A DNA stretch of 64,000 nt from a virus. Lineage: Duplodnaviria; Caudoviricetes. Location of the stretch: positions 80,335 through 144,334 of IMG/VR virus record IMGVR_UViG_3300029288_000085; one strand, written 5' to 3'. Of this stretch, positions 1 to 8,713 are shown one piece after another. The translations under genes were made by a program, and so were the position numbers. Position 1 is the stretch's first letter. Every line of letters starts with the position of its first letter. Under the pieces are notes generated by a model. That model did no database searches and was not told the origin of the DNA. It saw nothing but the letters and a program-made list of their open reading frames with translations.

Positions 1-1
1 A

Positions 2-1018
2 GTTATCCATAATTTCAAGGTATTTGCTTTCTAATTGAGTGCAATTTCCAATTTCCTCAAGATTAGTGAAAGTAAAACCTATATTATGTTTATTTATATA
101 TTTTTCAGTTTCTTTACACCAACAAGCTAAGGAAGGCAATCCTGCCTGGGCATACTCCATCATTTTATTTGATAGAGTTAAATCAACTTGTTGATTCTTA
201 CCACTTTGATTATTCCAAATACATAAACCATATTTATATTGTTTTAAAGCCTTCATCATCTCATCATAATGTGTAGGAGGAAACAAAACTGCTCCAGTAC
301 CATGATAAGTATCAAAAGCGGAAAGATTTCCACAGTACATTGCTGTTTCATTTCCCATTTCTACTAACTTCTTGATGATTCCATAAAGATTACGATATGC
401 ATACATCTCACTTAATTCTTCATCGTCTGGTGGATTTGCTCCACCTTCGTAGACTAATCCTCTTCGTTTAAAGATATCGTTGCGGTCGTAATCATATTGC
501 TTATTACTACTACAATAACTATAGATTACAACATTAGGTATATTTACCTTGTGTAATTCGTTAGTTATCTTCTGTATAGGTTGAGAAGCATATATTAACC
601 CATCTGCTGCATTAAACATCTTCTGTTCATCTAGTGGGATAAACTGTCTCCTAATTGAGTCAAGATCGTGTAGGTCAGCAATGATAGGAACATTTGATCC
701 CATATCAGTTACAACGTTTCTTGCCCAAATAACAGGAAAGTCAGGTTCATTAGAATAATCAATAATATCAATACCCTGACTTATGAATGTTCGTAAGGAG
801 TTCTTAAATTGTTTTTCCCCCTTAAACAAAGCAAACATATCTAGTTCATTTGTACCATAACTATTCATTTCTCCTAAACCAATAGTTGTATATCCTACTT
901 TTCTTAATGCTTTTGCACGTTTATGAACTCGTATACACCAATGACATCCTGCCATCAATATTGTTAAAGGTTTTCCATTTTTATTAGTTAAAGGTTTATC
1001 AAAATCTATATAATCCAT
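2..1018 (-). CDS. Glycosyltransferase, GT-B/GT4-like (truncated by window edge; not in ORF track)
   Basis: Manual translation from ATG at 1018 (GAGGAG RBS upstream): MDYIDFDKPL...ILMAGCHWCIRVHKRAKALRKVGY...IIADLHDL...LVYEGG...SNKMMEYAQAGLP. The C-terminal NK.MEY..AGLP motif is typical of GT4 enzymes. The frame is open to the window start. Confidence 0.75.
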   Translation of the reverse strand, partial: MDYIDFDKPLTNKNGKPLTILMAGCHWCIRVHKRAKALRKVGYTTIGLGEMNSYGTNELDMFALFKGEKQFKNSLRTFISQGIDIIDYSNEPDFPVIWARNVVTDMGSNVPIIADLHDLDSIRRQFIPLDEQKMFNAADGLIYASQPIQKITNELHKVNIPNVVIYSYCSSNKQYDYDRNDIFKRRGLVYEGGANPPDDEELSEMYAYRNLYGIIKKLVEMGNETAMYCGNLSAFDTYHGTGAVLFPPTHYDEMMKALKQYKYGLCIWNNQSGKNQQVDLTLSNKMMEYAQAGLPSLACWCKETEKYINKHNIGFTFTNLEEIGNCTQLESKYLEIMDN

Positions 1019-1046
1019 AATCTCCTCATTAAAGTTTTATATAAAA

Positions 1047-1985
1047 TCATTTACATTGCATATCAGATAGTTTACATCCTTCTATGCTATGTACTTTTCT
1101 CTCACATTCTTTGCATAATGTTATTCCCATATCTACATCAGCACTTTCTATAGGATTCCATCTTATGCCTTCTTTGTGATGAGCTATAAGATTTTCTGTT
1201 GAACCACATTTAGTACATTTATAACCATCACGCTCTTTTACCATTTCAGACCAGTCATGTTGATCTGGTCTTTCATTTTCATTCAGCCTAAACCCTTTAG
1301 GATATTTCTTTTGGTTAAATATAGAACAACTTTTCTTGCACTTGACAGAACAATAAAAATGGTTTTCACTAGTCGTAGTTCCATTAATTGATCTTAATCT
1401 ATTTTCTACTGAGGTTCTAGTTGGTGTATACCATTTTTTGCAATTAGCACATCTTACTTGTAATATATTTTTTTCTTTTGGGTTTTCCCTAATTTCTTCA
1501 CAAAAAGAAATTTGACTAGAATATGTATTAAACCATGCTAAATTTCTTTTAGATACACCATTTTTCCAATTAGGATGATTTTCTTCTCTGAATTTACCTA
1601 TCATAATTTCACTTAATTTTTTTCGGGTTTCTCTAGATACAAACTTTCCCTTTTGGGCAATACTCATCTTTACTTTGGTTTCTTTAGATGTTGGTTTAGT
1701 TCTAATTTTCTTTAGCCCTTTTTGTGCTAATCCCATCCGAATCTTAGTTTCCTCAGATCTGATTTTACCTTTATTACCATAACTAATTTTTGCTTTAGAT
1801 TCATCACTAAACCTTTTACATTTCAAGCTACAAAATCTTCCACAACTATTTCTTGGAGCTAAAAACGGTTCTCTACAAGTTTCACAAGAATCAATATATG
1901 TATATCGGTTATTAGTAATTAAATCCTTCCAATATCCTTTTCTATAATATCTTAAATTTTCTATATTTTCCCAAGTAATTTTCAT
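1047..1985 (-). CDS. HNH homing endonuclease with NUMOD3-like DNA-binding repeats
   Basis: SEETKIRMG/SKETKVKMSIAQKG repeats; C-terminal ERDGYKCTKCG...AHH...GITLCKECERKVH HNH motif. Confidence 0.8.
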   Translation of the reverse strand: MKITWENIENLRYYRKGYWKDLITNNRYTYIDSCETCREPFLAPRNSCGRFCSLKCKRFSDESKAKISYGNKGKIRSEETKIRMGLAQKGLKKIRTKPTSKETKVKMSIAQKGKFVSRETRKKLSEIMIGKFREENHPNWKNGVSKRNLAWFNTYSSQISFCEEIRENPKEKNILQVRCANCKKWYTPTRTSVENRLRSINGTTTSENHFYCSVKCKKSCSIFNQKKYPKGFRLNENERPDQHDWSEMVKERDGYKCTKCGSTENLIAHHKEGIRWNPIESADVDMGITLCKECERKVHSIEGCKLSDMQCK

Positions 1986-1994
1986 TATTTACCT

Positions 1995-2414
1995 TTATAA
2001 TTTAATATGACGGCAACCAAAATTTGCTACAAAGATAAATATTTCCCCTCCTTCTTGGGTTTCTAATAAAATAGGGGAACTCTGTACTGCATGAATAACA
2101 CCATTTGCACTAGCCAAAATATTGTCATTATTGTCAAGTCTGTTAATAATTGATTGCGTTGTTCTGAATCCTTTTTCAGCATCTTTTATCTTTAATCTTA
2201 TCTGAAAAGCTGATTCCTGCCTTTCACCTTTGTCATATGGTTTTCCTCCTGGATATGGCAATATGGTCAAACATTTAGTTGAAGTAGCATCCTCTATACC
2301 AATAAATAGGTTTGTCCCACCAGTAAATGCTACTCCAAACTGAGTAACTATTTCATGAGTTGCTGACAAGTCATCAAAGTACTTTTTTATTTCATTTCCC
2401 AAGAAGTTAGCCAT
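1995..2414 (-). CDS. Tail terminator / neck protein (Minor_capsid_3-like)
   Basis: Size, position after the neck genes, and motifs NLFIG...PYPGGKP...FQIRL...QSSPILL...FVANF. Confidence 0.6.
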   Translation of the reverse strand: MANFLGNEIKKYFDDLSATHEIVTQFGVAFTGGTNLFIGIEDATSTKCLTILPYPGGKPYDKGERQESAFQIRLKIKDAEKGFRTTQSIINRLDNNDNILASANGVIHAVQSSPILLETQEGGEIFIFVANFGCRHIKL

Positions 2415-2418
2415 ATTA

Positions 2419-3186
2419 TTATACCTCAGCGGTTAGCCCGCCCCAATGCCCTTTGCTTCTAACATCCTCAAAACGGATATCTACAGTATCAACTTCGTAA
2501 TGTGTTTTACTTTGTTTCTTAACCTTTATACCTTTAGCTATATCTTTTTCTACTGCTTTAATTGAATTACGTATATAGCTGACTACTTCAGCTTTATGCT
2601 GCAACCAAGGTAATTCCAAGTATTTAGGACCAGTCCCTGGACTTCTAGCATACCATCCACTTCTTATACCTTTAAATCTATCTTCATAAGGTTGTAAAGC
2701 CTCATGAGTCCACAAAGCAATATCAAGACCCGTTTCTTCACTTATTCTTTGATATGAAATATCCCCAGAAACTGTTTTATAATTTCTATCTGCAAATCGT
2801 GATGGAATCATTTTAGATAAATTTACTGAAACAGAGCCATCCTTATTACCAGTAGCAATTGTAATATAATTGGTTTTATTCATATCTCCTAGATATATCC
2901 TAGCCGTGCCACTCTCTCTTAACTTTCCAGTAGATGGTTTTTGTAGTTTGCCGTCTACGTAACCACCAGGAAAATATGGTACAATTGGTTGTACATACCC
3001 CATTATATACGCTAACCCTTCAGCAACAGCCCTAGCAGCATAATAAGTTACAATTGGCCCAATCTGTTTTATATTCTTGATAGCCTTATCAAATTCCACA
3101 TCAGAAGTAGCAAAACTCACACCACCAGAATCAACTAGTGGTTTTGGTCCTTTTCCTAATTCTGGTACTTTGATTTCCATTTTCAT
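2419..3186 (-). CDS. Tail completion / HK97 gp10-like neck protein
   Basis: VP...TGKLRESG and PGTGPKYLE motifs; lies between head-closure and terminator genes. Confidence 0.55.
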   Translation of the reverse strand: MKMEIKVPELGKGPKPLVDSGGVSFATSDVEFDKAIKNIKQIGPIVTYYAARAVAEGLAYIMGYVQPIVPYFPGGYVDGKLQKPSTGKLRESGTARIYLGDMNKTNYITIATGNKDGSVSVNLSKMIPSRFADRNYKTVSGDISYQRISEETGLDIALWTHEALQPYEDRFKGIRSGWYARSPGTGPKYLELPWLQHKAEVVSYIRNSIKAVEKDIAKGIKVKKQSKTHYEVDTVDIRFEDVRSKGHWGGLTAEV

Positions 3187-3216
3187 ATAGTTATATCACT
3201 AACTTACTAATGATGA

Positions 3217-3534
3217 CTACTTTAAATATAAGACCACATGATCTATTTCACCTGCTAGATCTCTCGGTTTTCTTATTTTTACTATCTTATATTTCAGACT
3301 ATCTTTCTCTATAACATAAGACTCTAGAATAGTATTGTATTCTGGAGAAAGATATACTCTTATATCATAATCTAATGCTTCAGCTACATTTGAGAGATCT
3401 TTTAGTGTGCCTTCTTCCCACCGACATTGTACATCGTGATATACGGTGGTTGTAACTAATTTTCCATATGCATTCTTAGTAGTTGAATATATATAGTCAA
3501 TGCTATTATTCAATAAACCTGCTGTAATTGACAT
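3217..3534 (-). CDS. Head closure / stopper protein
   Basis: 105 aa, beta-rich, NAYG...VQCRWE...DLAGEIDH pattern; synteny. Confidence 0.6.
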   Translation of the reverse strand: MSITAGLLNNSIDYIYSTTKNAYGKLVTTTVYHDVQCRWEEGTLKDLSNVAEALDYDIRVYLSPEYNTILESYVIEKDSLKYKIVKIRKPRDLAGEIDHVVLYLK

Positions 3535-3723
3535 TTATTTACCTTTCTTTTTTCGCTTAAAGCCCTTGAGCGTCTTAGCAAGTGCTCACCTACGTTTGCT
3601 TGTAGATGAGAGGCTAGACTGAGCACAATATTCAGAAATTGACATCCCTCTACGATCTGCGGAGGCTATCAAACTTCCTTTTTTAGAAATAGCACTGGCG
3701 ATCCAATTCTTTTTCTTAGCCAT
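3535..3723 (-). CDS. Small basic protein with in-frame TGA at codon 46 (candidate selenoprotein, otherwise nonsense allele)
   Basis: MAKKKNWIASAISKKGSLIASADRRGMSISEYCAQSSLSSTSKRR[TGA]ALAKTLKGFKRKKKGK-TAA; the TAA abuts the ATG of the next gene. Confidence 0.6.
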
Positions 3724-3979
3724 CTAACTCATCACTTCCAATATCAGAATTCACAGTGTCTAAAACTATGTCTGATTTACTTATCACTTTTCGTTTTATC
3801 TTAACTGGAGTCCATCTCATACGTTTTGATCTCTTCCGTGAAAAGGTATCACCGTTTGTCGATCTTAGAAGAACTCTGCCATTATTCAAAAACTTAACAA
3901 ATTCAATCTTGTACCATTTATATCTTAATGAGTGTATTTCAACATACACCTTCTTTTGTTTTTTGAATTGTTTTTTCAT
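3716..3979 (-). CDS. Basic hypothetical protein
   Basis: ORF track; overlapping start/stop with both neighbours. Confidence 0.55.
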   Translation of the reverse strand: MKKQFKKQKKVYVEIHSLRYKWYKIEFVKFLNNGRVLLRSTNGDTFSRKRSKRMRWTPVKIKRKVISKSDIVLDTVNSDIGSDELDG

Positions 3980-4143
3980 TATTTTCTTTTCCGTTTATTT
4001 CTCCTTGTTATTGGAGATTTTGATTTTCTTCTTTTTCTTTTATTCCACCCTTTTGCATGTCCATGTTCACTGACCCACTTTTTCCAAATATCTGGGTGGT
4101 TTATCATTAAAAAATACTCTTGGTCTATAGAGGCAAAAGGCAT
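3979..4143 (-). CDS. Small basic protein, 54 aa (not in ORF track)
   Basis: MPFASIDQEYFLMINHPDIWKKWVSEHGHAKGWNKRKRRKSKSPITRRNKRKRK; GAGGTG RBS; TAATG coupling at both ends. Confidence 0.65.
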   Translation of the reverse strand: MPFASIDQEYFLMINHPDIWKKWVSEHGHAKGWNKRKRRKSKSPITRRNKRKRK

Positions 4144-4226
4144 TATTTAGGACACCTCATCTCATAATATCTACATCCTTTTTGTTGGTGTACTTCTTTA
4201 CACTCTTTACAAAAAGTAATTCTCAT
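4143..4226 (-). pseudogene. Internally deleted HNH endonuclease remnant (27-aa mini-ORF)
   Basis: MRITFCKECKEVHQQKGCRYYEMRCPK matches the N-terminus (MKIT) and C-terminus (ITLCKECERKVHSIEGCKLSDMQCK) of the HNH at 1047-1985. Confidence 0.65.
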
Positions 4227-5252
4227 TTAACATCTTCCGATCCGAATATTCTTGCGTATATATCTAGACAATAATTTTTTGGCTAATGAACATATTGAAG
4301 TCTTTTCAGATGAAGATCCATCACCAAAACTTACAGCTACATCTCCTATTGCTACACTTCTAGCTCCTAAATCTTTGTATGTTGAAAGTGTTTCAATCTG
4401 TTGGTTTTCTGCAATGAAAAGAGTCTGTTCACTCTGTGCATCTTTTATATCTTTAGATAGTGGAAAAAATAACTTGAATTGAGAGTTAATTGTAGGAGAC
4501 GCTGAAAACGATGATTCAAGTGTTATAGATCCGGTGGTTACATTTGATTTACTGATATTTCTTATTTCATAAAGTGGAGTACCAGTAGTTATATGTATAG
4601 TACCTTTTGCAAAAAAATTGGTTGGATATTCATTATAAGTAGATGATTTCAATGTGGAATTTCTAAAGGAACTAGTTGTAAATGGGGTTCCACAGTTACC
4701 AGTTTTTACTTCATGATCATCTCGTGGAAATTGTAATGCTTGTGAATCATAATATTTCTGACCAATAAAACTAAATGAATCTATTTCTTTTGCTGATTCA
4801 ATTAGTAGTCTTTTTTTACCTTCAACATCCAAAGTATCCCACTTATTATCATGCCCATACTTATTTCTGATATAATCATTTGCTTCCTTTAAAGTGATAT
4901 ATGAATTTGCACTCATATCACCTAAATTCGTATTTAATGTAACATTTCCAAACACTTCACAAGTTATATATTTTATATATCTATCTCCAGTGCTAGTCTT
5001 TGCACGAATTTTAATCGAATAAGTTTCACCAGTTACTCCTCTATTGAGTCTAAATTTACCTGTTCTTGGAGAACTTGCAGAAACATTAGACATCATACTG
5101 GCATTTTTAGACACATTGTTGTTATCATAAATAGATGCCCAACAACTAGCAATAGTATCACCAGAGGGAAATTCGTTTGTAAAGTCGTACTTTACATTGA
5201 ATATTTCTGCTGGATACTTATATAACCAAGAATTTTCATAGGTAAATTTCAT
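4227..5252 (-). CDS. Head-tail adaptor (DnaT_2-like) fused to an N-terminal fibre-adaptor-like Ig domain
   Basis: C-terminal ANSYITLKEANDYI...LLIESAKEID...FIGQK...QALQFPR...IKDAQSEQ...SVAIGDVAVSF; N-terminal KYPAEIFNVKYDFT...GDTIAS...GVTGETYSIKIRAKTSTG. Confidence 0.65.
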   Translation of the reverse strand: MKFTYENSWLYKYPAEIFNVKYDFTNEFPSGDTIASCWASIYDNNNVSKNASMMSNVSASSPRTGKFRLNRGVTGETYSIKIRAKTSTGDRYIKYITCEVFGNVTLNTNLGDMSANSYITLKEANDYIRNKYGHDNKWDTLDVEGKKRLLIESAKEIDSFSFIGQKYYDSQALQFPRDDHEVKTGNCGTPFTTSSFRNSTLKSSTYNEYPTNFFAKGTIHITTGTPLYEIRNISKSNVTTGSITLESSFSASPTINSQFKLFFPLSKDIKDAQSEQTLFIAENQQIETLSTYKDLGARSVAIGDVAVSFGDGSSSEKTSICSLAKKLLSRYIRKNIRIGRC

Positions 5253-5265
5253 TTGACATACTTCC

Positions 5266-7476
5266 TTATTTAAATGTTGTTTTCCTTTTATTGGATATAA
5301 AGCTTCTAGATCTCGTTATAATTAGACTAGATGACTTTCTTATTTCTGCAAAATTTCTTGTTCTTTCTAAATCATTAAATTCATATCTGAATACATCATA
5401 TGATGAACTTTGTGAACTAGAGCTAGAAGACTTTGAGCTAGATGATTTAGAACTAGAAGACTTAGAGCTAGAAGACTTTGAGCTAGACGACTTAGAACTA
5501 CTGACAGAGCTAGAACTTTGTGAACTAGAGCTAGAAGACTTAGAACTAGACGACTTAGAACTACTAACAGAACTAGAACTTTGTGAACTAGAACTAGAAG
5601 ACTTAGAACTACTAACCGAACTAGAGCTAGAAGACTTAGAACTACTTTGTGAGCTAGAACTAGATGATTTAGAACTAGACGACTTAGAACTACTAACCGA
5701 ACTAGAGCTAGAAGACTTTGAGCTAGAAGACTTAGAACTACTTTGTGAGCTAGAACTAGATGATTTAGAACTACTTTGTGAGCTAGAACTAGAAGACTTA
5801 GAACTACTTTGTGAGCTAGAACTAGAAGACTTAGAACTACTTTGTGAGCTAGAACTAGATGATTTAGAACTACTTTGTGAGCTAGAACTAGATGATTTAG
5901 AACTACTAACCGAACTAGAGCTAGAAGACTTAGAACTACTAACAGAACTAGAACTTTGTGAACTAGAACTAGAAGACTTAGAACTACTAACCGAACTAGA
6001 GCTAGAAGACTTAGAGCTACTAACCGAACTAGAACTAGATGACTTAGAGCTACTAACCGAACTAGAACTAGATGACTTAGAGCTACTTTGTGAGCTAGAA
6101 CTCTGTGAACTAGAACTAGAAGACTTAGAACTAGATGATTTAGAACTACTAACAGAACTAGAGCTAGAAGACTTAGAACTACTAACAGAGCTAGAACTCT
6201 GTGAACTAGAACTAGAAGACTTAGAACTAGATGATTTAGAACTACTAACAGAACTAGAGCTAGAAGACTTAGAACTACTTTGTGAACTAGAACTAGAAGA
6301 CTTAGAACTAGATGATTTAGAACTACTAACCGAACTAGAACTTTGTGAACTAGAGCTAGAAGACTTAGAACTACTAACAGAACTAGAACTTTGTGAACTA
6401 GAACTAGATGATTTAGAACTACTCTGTGAACTAGAGCTAGAAGACTTAGAACTACTTTGTGAACTAGAACTAGAAGACTTAGAACTAGACGACTTAGAAC
6501 TCGACGACTTAGAACTACTAACAGAACTAGAACTCTGTGAACTAGAACTAGAAGACTTAGAACTAGATGATTTAGAACTACTGACAGAGCTAGAACTCTG
6601 TGAACTAGAACTAGACGACTTAGAACTACTAACCGAACTAGAGCTAGAAGACTTTGAGCTAGAAGACTTAGAACTACTTTGTGAGCTAGAACTAGATGAT
6701 TTAGAACTACTTTGTGAGCTAGAACTAGAAGACTTAGAACTACTAACCGAACTAGAGCTAGAAGACTTAGAACTACTTTGTGAGCTAGAACTAGATGATT
6801 TAGAACTAGATCTACTTGAACTTATACTTGAAGAACTTTTACTAGAAGATGATTTACTTGAACTAGACTTAGAACTAGATGATTTAGAACTACTTTGTGA
6901 GCTAGAACTAGAACTAACAAAAGTACCCCCGCCAAAATCATCAATTCTAAGATTAGTTCCATAACAACATAGTCCGATATATCCAGCAGACCCATAAGTT
7001 GAATCTGTTGTGGATAATTTTTCAGTCCATGCTCCTCCTGTGTAATAATAAGCTTTTAAGGCTGTACCTATCGCCGAAAGTCCAATTTTCTCCCCACTGG
7101 CTACATTCTGAGTCGTAGTTGCTAAGGTTGTCCATCCACCATTAAGCATCTCGTTGATGTCCCATGTGTCAGGAGAATCATTCAGATTTATATCTAAAAT
7201 ATATCCATCGCAAGTACCAATGTTTAAGGTTGTAGTTCTAATTGCAAGAGATACTTCATCATTAGTTACAGTGGATATAGTTGCAAAGACTTCGGAAGCA
7301 GCCCCAAATGTTGCAGTGTCCCAAGCTCCAACATTAAGGGCACCAGCAGTTCCTCCTGTACACGCATTACTCTGAATCTTAAGTGTATTGAGCATATTCG
7401 TCCAATTCGCATTGGGCGGGGTGGTATTATTCGCACCCGTGAATGTTTCAATTACACCAGTAGTAGGAAATGCCAT
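5266..7476 (-). CDS. Serine-rich repeat virion protein (N-terminal beta-sandwich/lectin-like head, ~500-aa poly-Ser stalk, short basic C-terminal tail)
   Basis: ORF track. Residues ~1-187 are globular and Trp/Thr/Gly-rich; residues ~188-692 are Ser runs punctuated by K/Q/V. Located in the virion module directly upstream of the adaptor. Confidence 0.75.
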   Translation of the reverse strand: MAFPTTGVIETFTGANNTTPPNANWTNMLNTLKIQSNACTGGTAGALNVGAWDTATFGAASEVFATISTVTNDEVSLAIRTTTLNIGTCDGYILDINLNDSPDTWDINEMLNGGWTTLATTTQNVASGEKIGLSAIGTALKAYYYTGGAWTEKLSTTDSTYGSAGYIGLCCYGTNLRIDDFGGGTFVSSSSSSQSSSKSSSSKSSSSKSSSSKSSSSISSSRSSSKSSSSSSQSSSKSSSSSSVSSSKSSSSSSQSSSKSSSSSSQSSSKSSSSKSSSSSSVSSSKSSSSSSQSSSSVSSSKSSSSKSSSSSSQSSSSVSSSKSSSSKSSSSKSSSSSSQSSSKSSSSSSQSSSKSSSSSSQSSSSVSSSKSSSSSSQSSSSVSSSKSSSSKSSSSSSQSSSKSSSSSSVSSSKSSSSKSSSSSSQSSSSVSSSKSSSSSSVSSSKSSSSKSSSSSSQSSSSQSSSKSSSSSSVSSSKSSSSSSVSSSKSSSSSSVSSSKSSSSSSQSSSSVSSSKSSSSSSVSSSKSSSSSSQSSSKSSSSSSQSSSKSSSSSSQSSSKSSSSSSQSSSKSSSSSSQSSSKSSSSKSSSSSSVSSSKSSSSKSSSSSSQSSSKSSSSSSVSSSKSSSSSSQSSSSVSSSKSSSSKSSSSSSQSSSSVSSSKSSSSKSSSSKSSSSKSSSSKSSSSSSQSSSYDVFRYEFNDLERTRNFAEIRKSSSLIITRSRSFISNKRKTTFK
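5400..6918. repeat. Low-complexity coding tandem repeat (TCTAGT/TCTAGC units) encoding poly-Ser
   Basis: Plus strand reads gaactagaactagaagacttagaactact...; includes 30-bp units such as ctactttgtgagctagaactagaagactta repeated many times. Confidence 0.95.
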
Positions 7477-7985
7477 TAGCTGTTCGCTACCTCATCATCA
7501 GTTGCATCAATACTTTTTGTTGGTCGTGTATCACCATCAACTACTAATTCTCCACTTGTAGTATCTAATCTAGGAGTTAGTCTTCTTCTAGCAGCAAATC
7601 TTAAGACATCACCTAAAGTTTTTTCTCCAATATCACTTCCAATATTATCTCTAATCTCTTGTAGAGGATACCCCATATTTCTAAGTTTATTTACAATCGT
7701 ACTTTTCTGTTGTGATGTGAGATCAGATAATGAATGTGACAACATATTCTTAGGTAATCGTATAACTCCTGTTAATGCAGCTATAGCATTCAAAGTCTGA
7801 TCAGATGCCCGTATTTTAGCAATTATTACATTTCCAAGAGCTTCAGATCCCGCCCAAGCTCCACCATCTCCAAAAATCTGACTTGATAATTCTAAGAATT
7901 TTGGTCTTCTAGTCCATTTTGGAAATCCGTTTGGATCAGGATTAACCCATATAGTATAAGGTGCTATAAACCATGCTACAGACAT
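7476..7985 (-). CDS. Hypothetical protein translationally coupled to the Ser-rich gene
   Basis: ORF track; TAATG overlap at 7476. Confidence 0.7.
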   Translation of the reverse strand: MSVAWFIAPYTIWVNPDPNGFPKWTRRPKFLELSSQIFGDGGAWAGSEALGNVIIAKIRASDQTLNAIAALTGVIRLPKNMLSHSLSDLTSQQKSTIVNKLRNMGYPLQEIRDNIGSDIGEKTLGDVLRFAARRRLTPRLDTTSGELVVDGDTRPTKSIDATDDEVANS

Positions 7986-8011
7986 TGTAGAATTCCCCCT
8001 TTTAAATATTA

Positions 8012-8713
8012 CTATGCTAAAATATAATATTTTCTCAACAAACTGTCGAGACGTTCTGATACTGAAACAATACCAGTATTCTTTCTATTCAACCTATGAA
8101 TTTCCCAAGCAATCCTACTAAGCGGATTCATATGAGAAACTAAGATAGGCTTTTCAGCTCTTTGTCCTCTTTCTTTATAACCAGAACATCCTACATTATA
8201 GGTAGAATTGATTATAGTTACTCTATCTCTAACTGTGGATGACTTTAGAATTTTATTAAGGGTTGGTTCTTCTTTATTCTCACCCTTTGAAATAATAGTT
8301 GTTATAATGTTTATTATATCTTTTGCTGCTGGATATCTCCAAAATACACTTCCACCATTTAATTTAGGATTACTGTATGTTGCAATTCCTACATCTTTTA
8401 TTTCTGGTGGATCGAACTTATAATTTTGCCAACAATCTAGGTCTTGACTCCATATGATGTTATCATTAATAAGATTTTCAAAAATCCACAGTAATGCAAA
8501 CATCTTTGACCCAGTTAAACAATGTTTATTCAATTCTATATTATTTGCACTTACTCCCATAAATTCAAAATCAAAATTACTCACTAAGATAATATCCTTC
8601 TTATTCCATTCTAATTCAATCATGTTATCTATCTGTGCTTTTAAATTAGTGATTATATTTTCTTTTGAATAACGACCTTTTGATTGCACGTTTGCAACCA
8701 TTAATCTTTTCAT
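8012..8713 (-). CDS. Putative GT-A glycosyltransferase
   Basis: DLD (DxD) motif, LNGGSVF, YNVG; context. Confidence 0.55.
   Translation of the reverse strand: MKRLMVANVQSKGRYSKENIITNLKAQIDNMIELEWNKKDIILVSNFDFEFMGVSANNIELNKHCLTGSKMFALLWIFENLINDNIIWSQDLDCWQNYKFDPPEIKDVGIATYSNPKLNGGSVFWRYPAAKDIINIITTIISKGENKEEPTLNKILKSSTVRDRVTIINSTYNVGCSGYKERGQRAEKPILVSHMNPLSRIAWEIHRLNRKNTGIVSVSERLDSLLRKYYILA

Noticed and set aside
5291-6964. 557-aa Leu/Glu-rich ORF on the plus strand
   Set aside because: It is the antisense shadow of the poly-Ser repeat. It opposes the operon direction and is open only because the repeat lacks stops in that frame.
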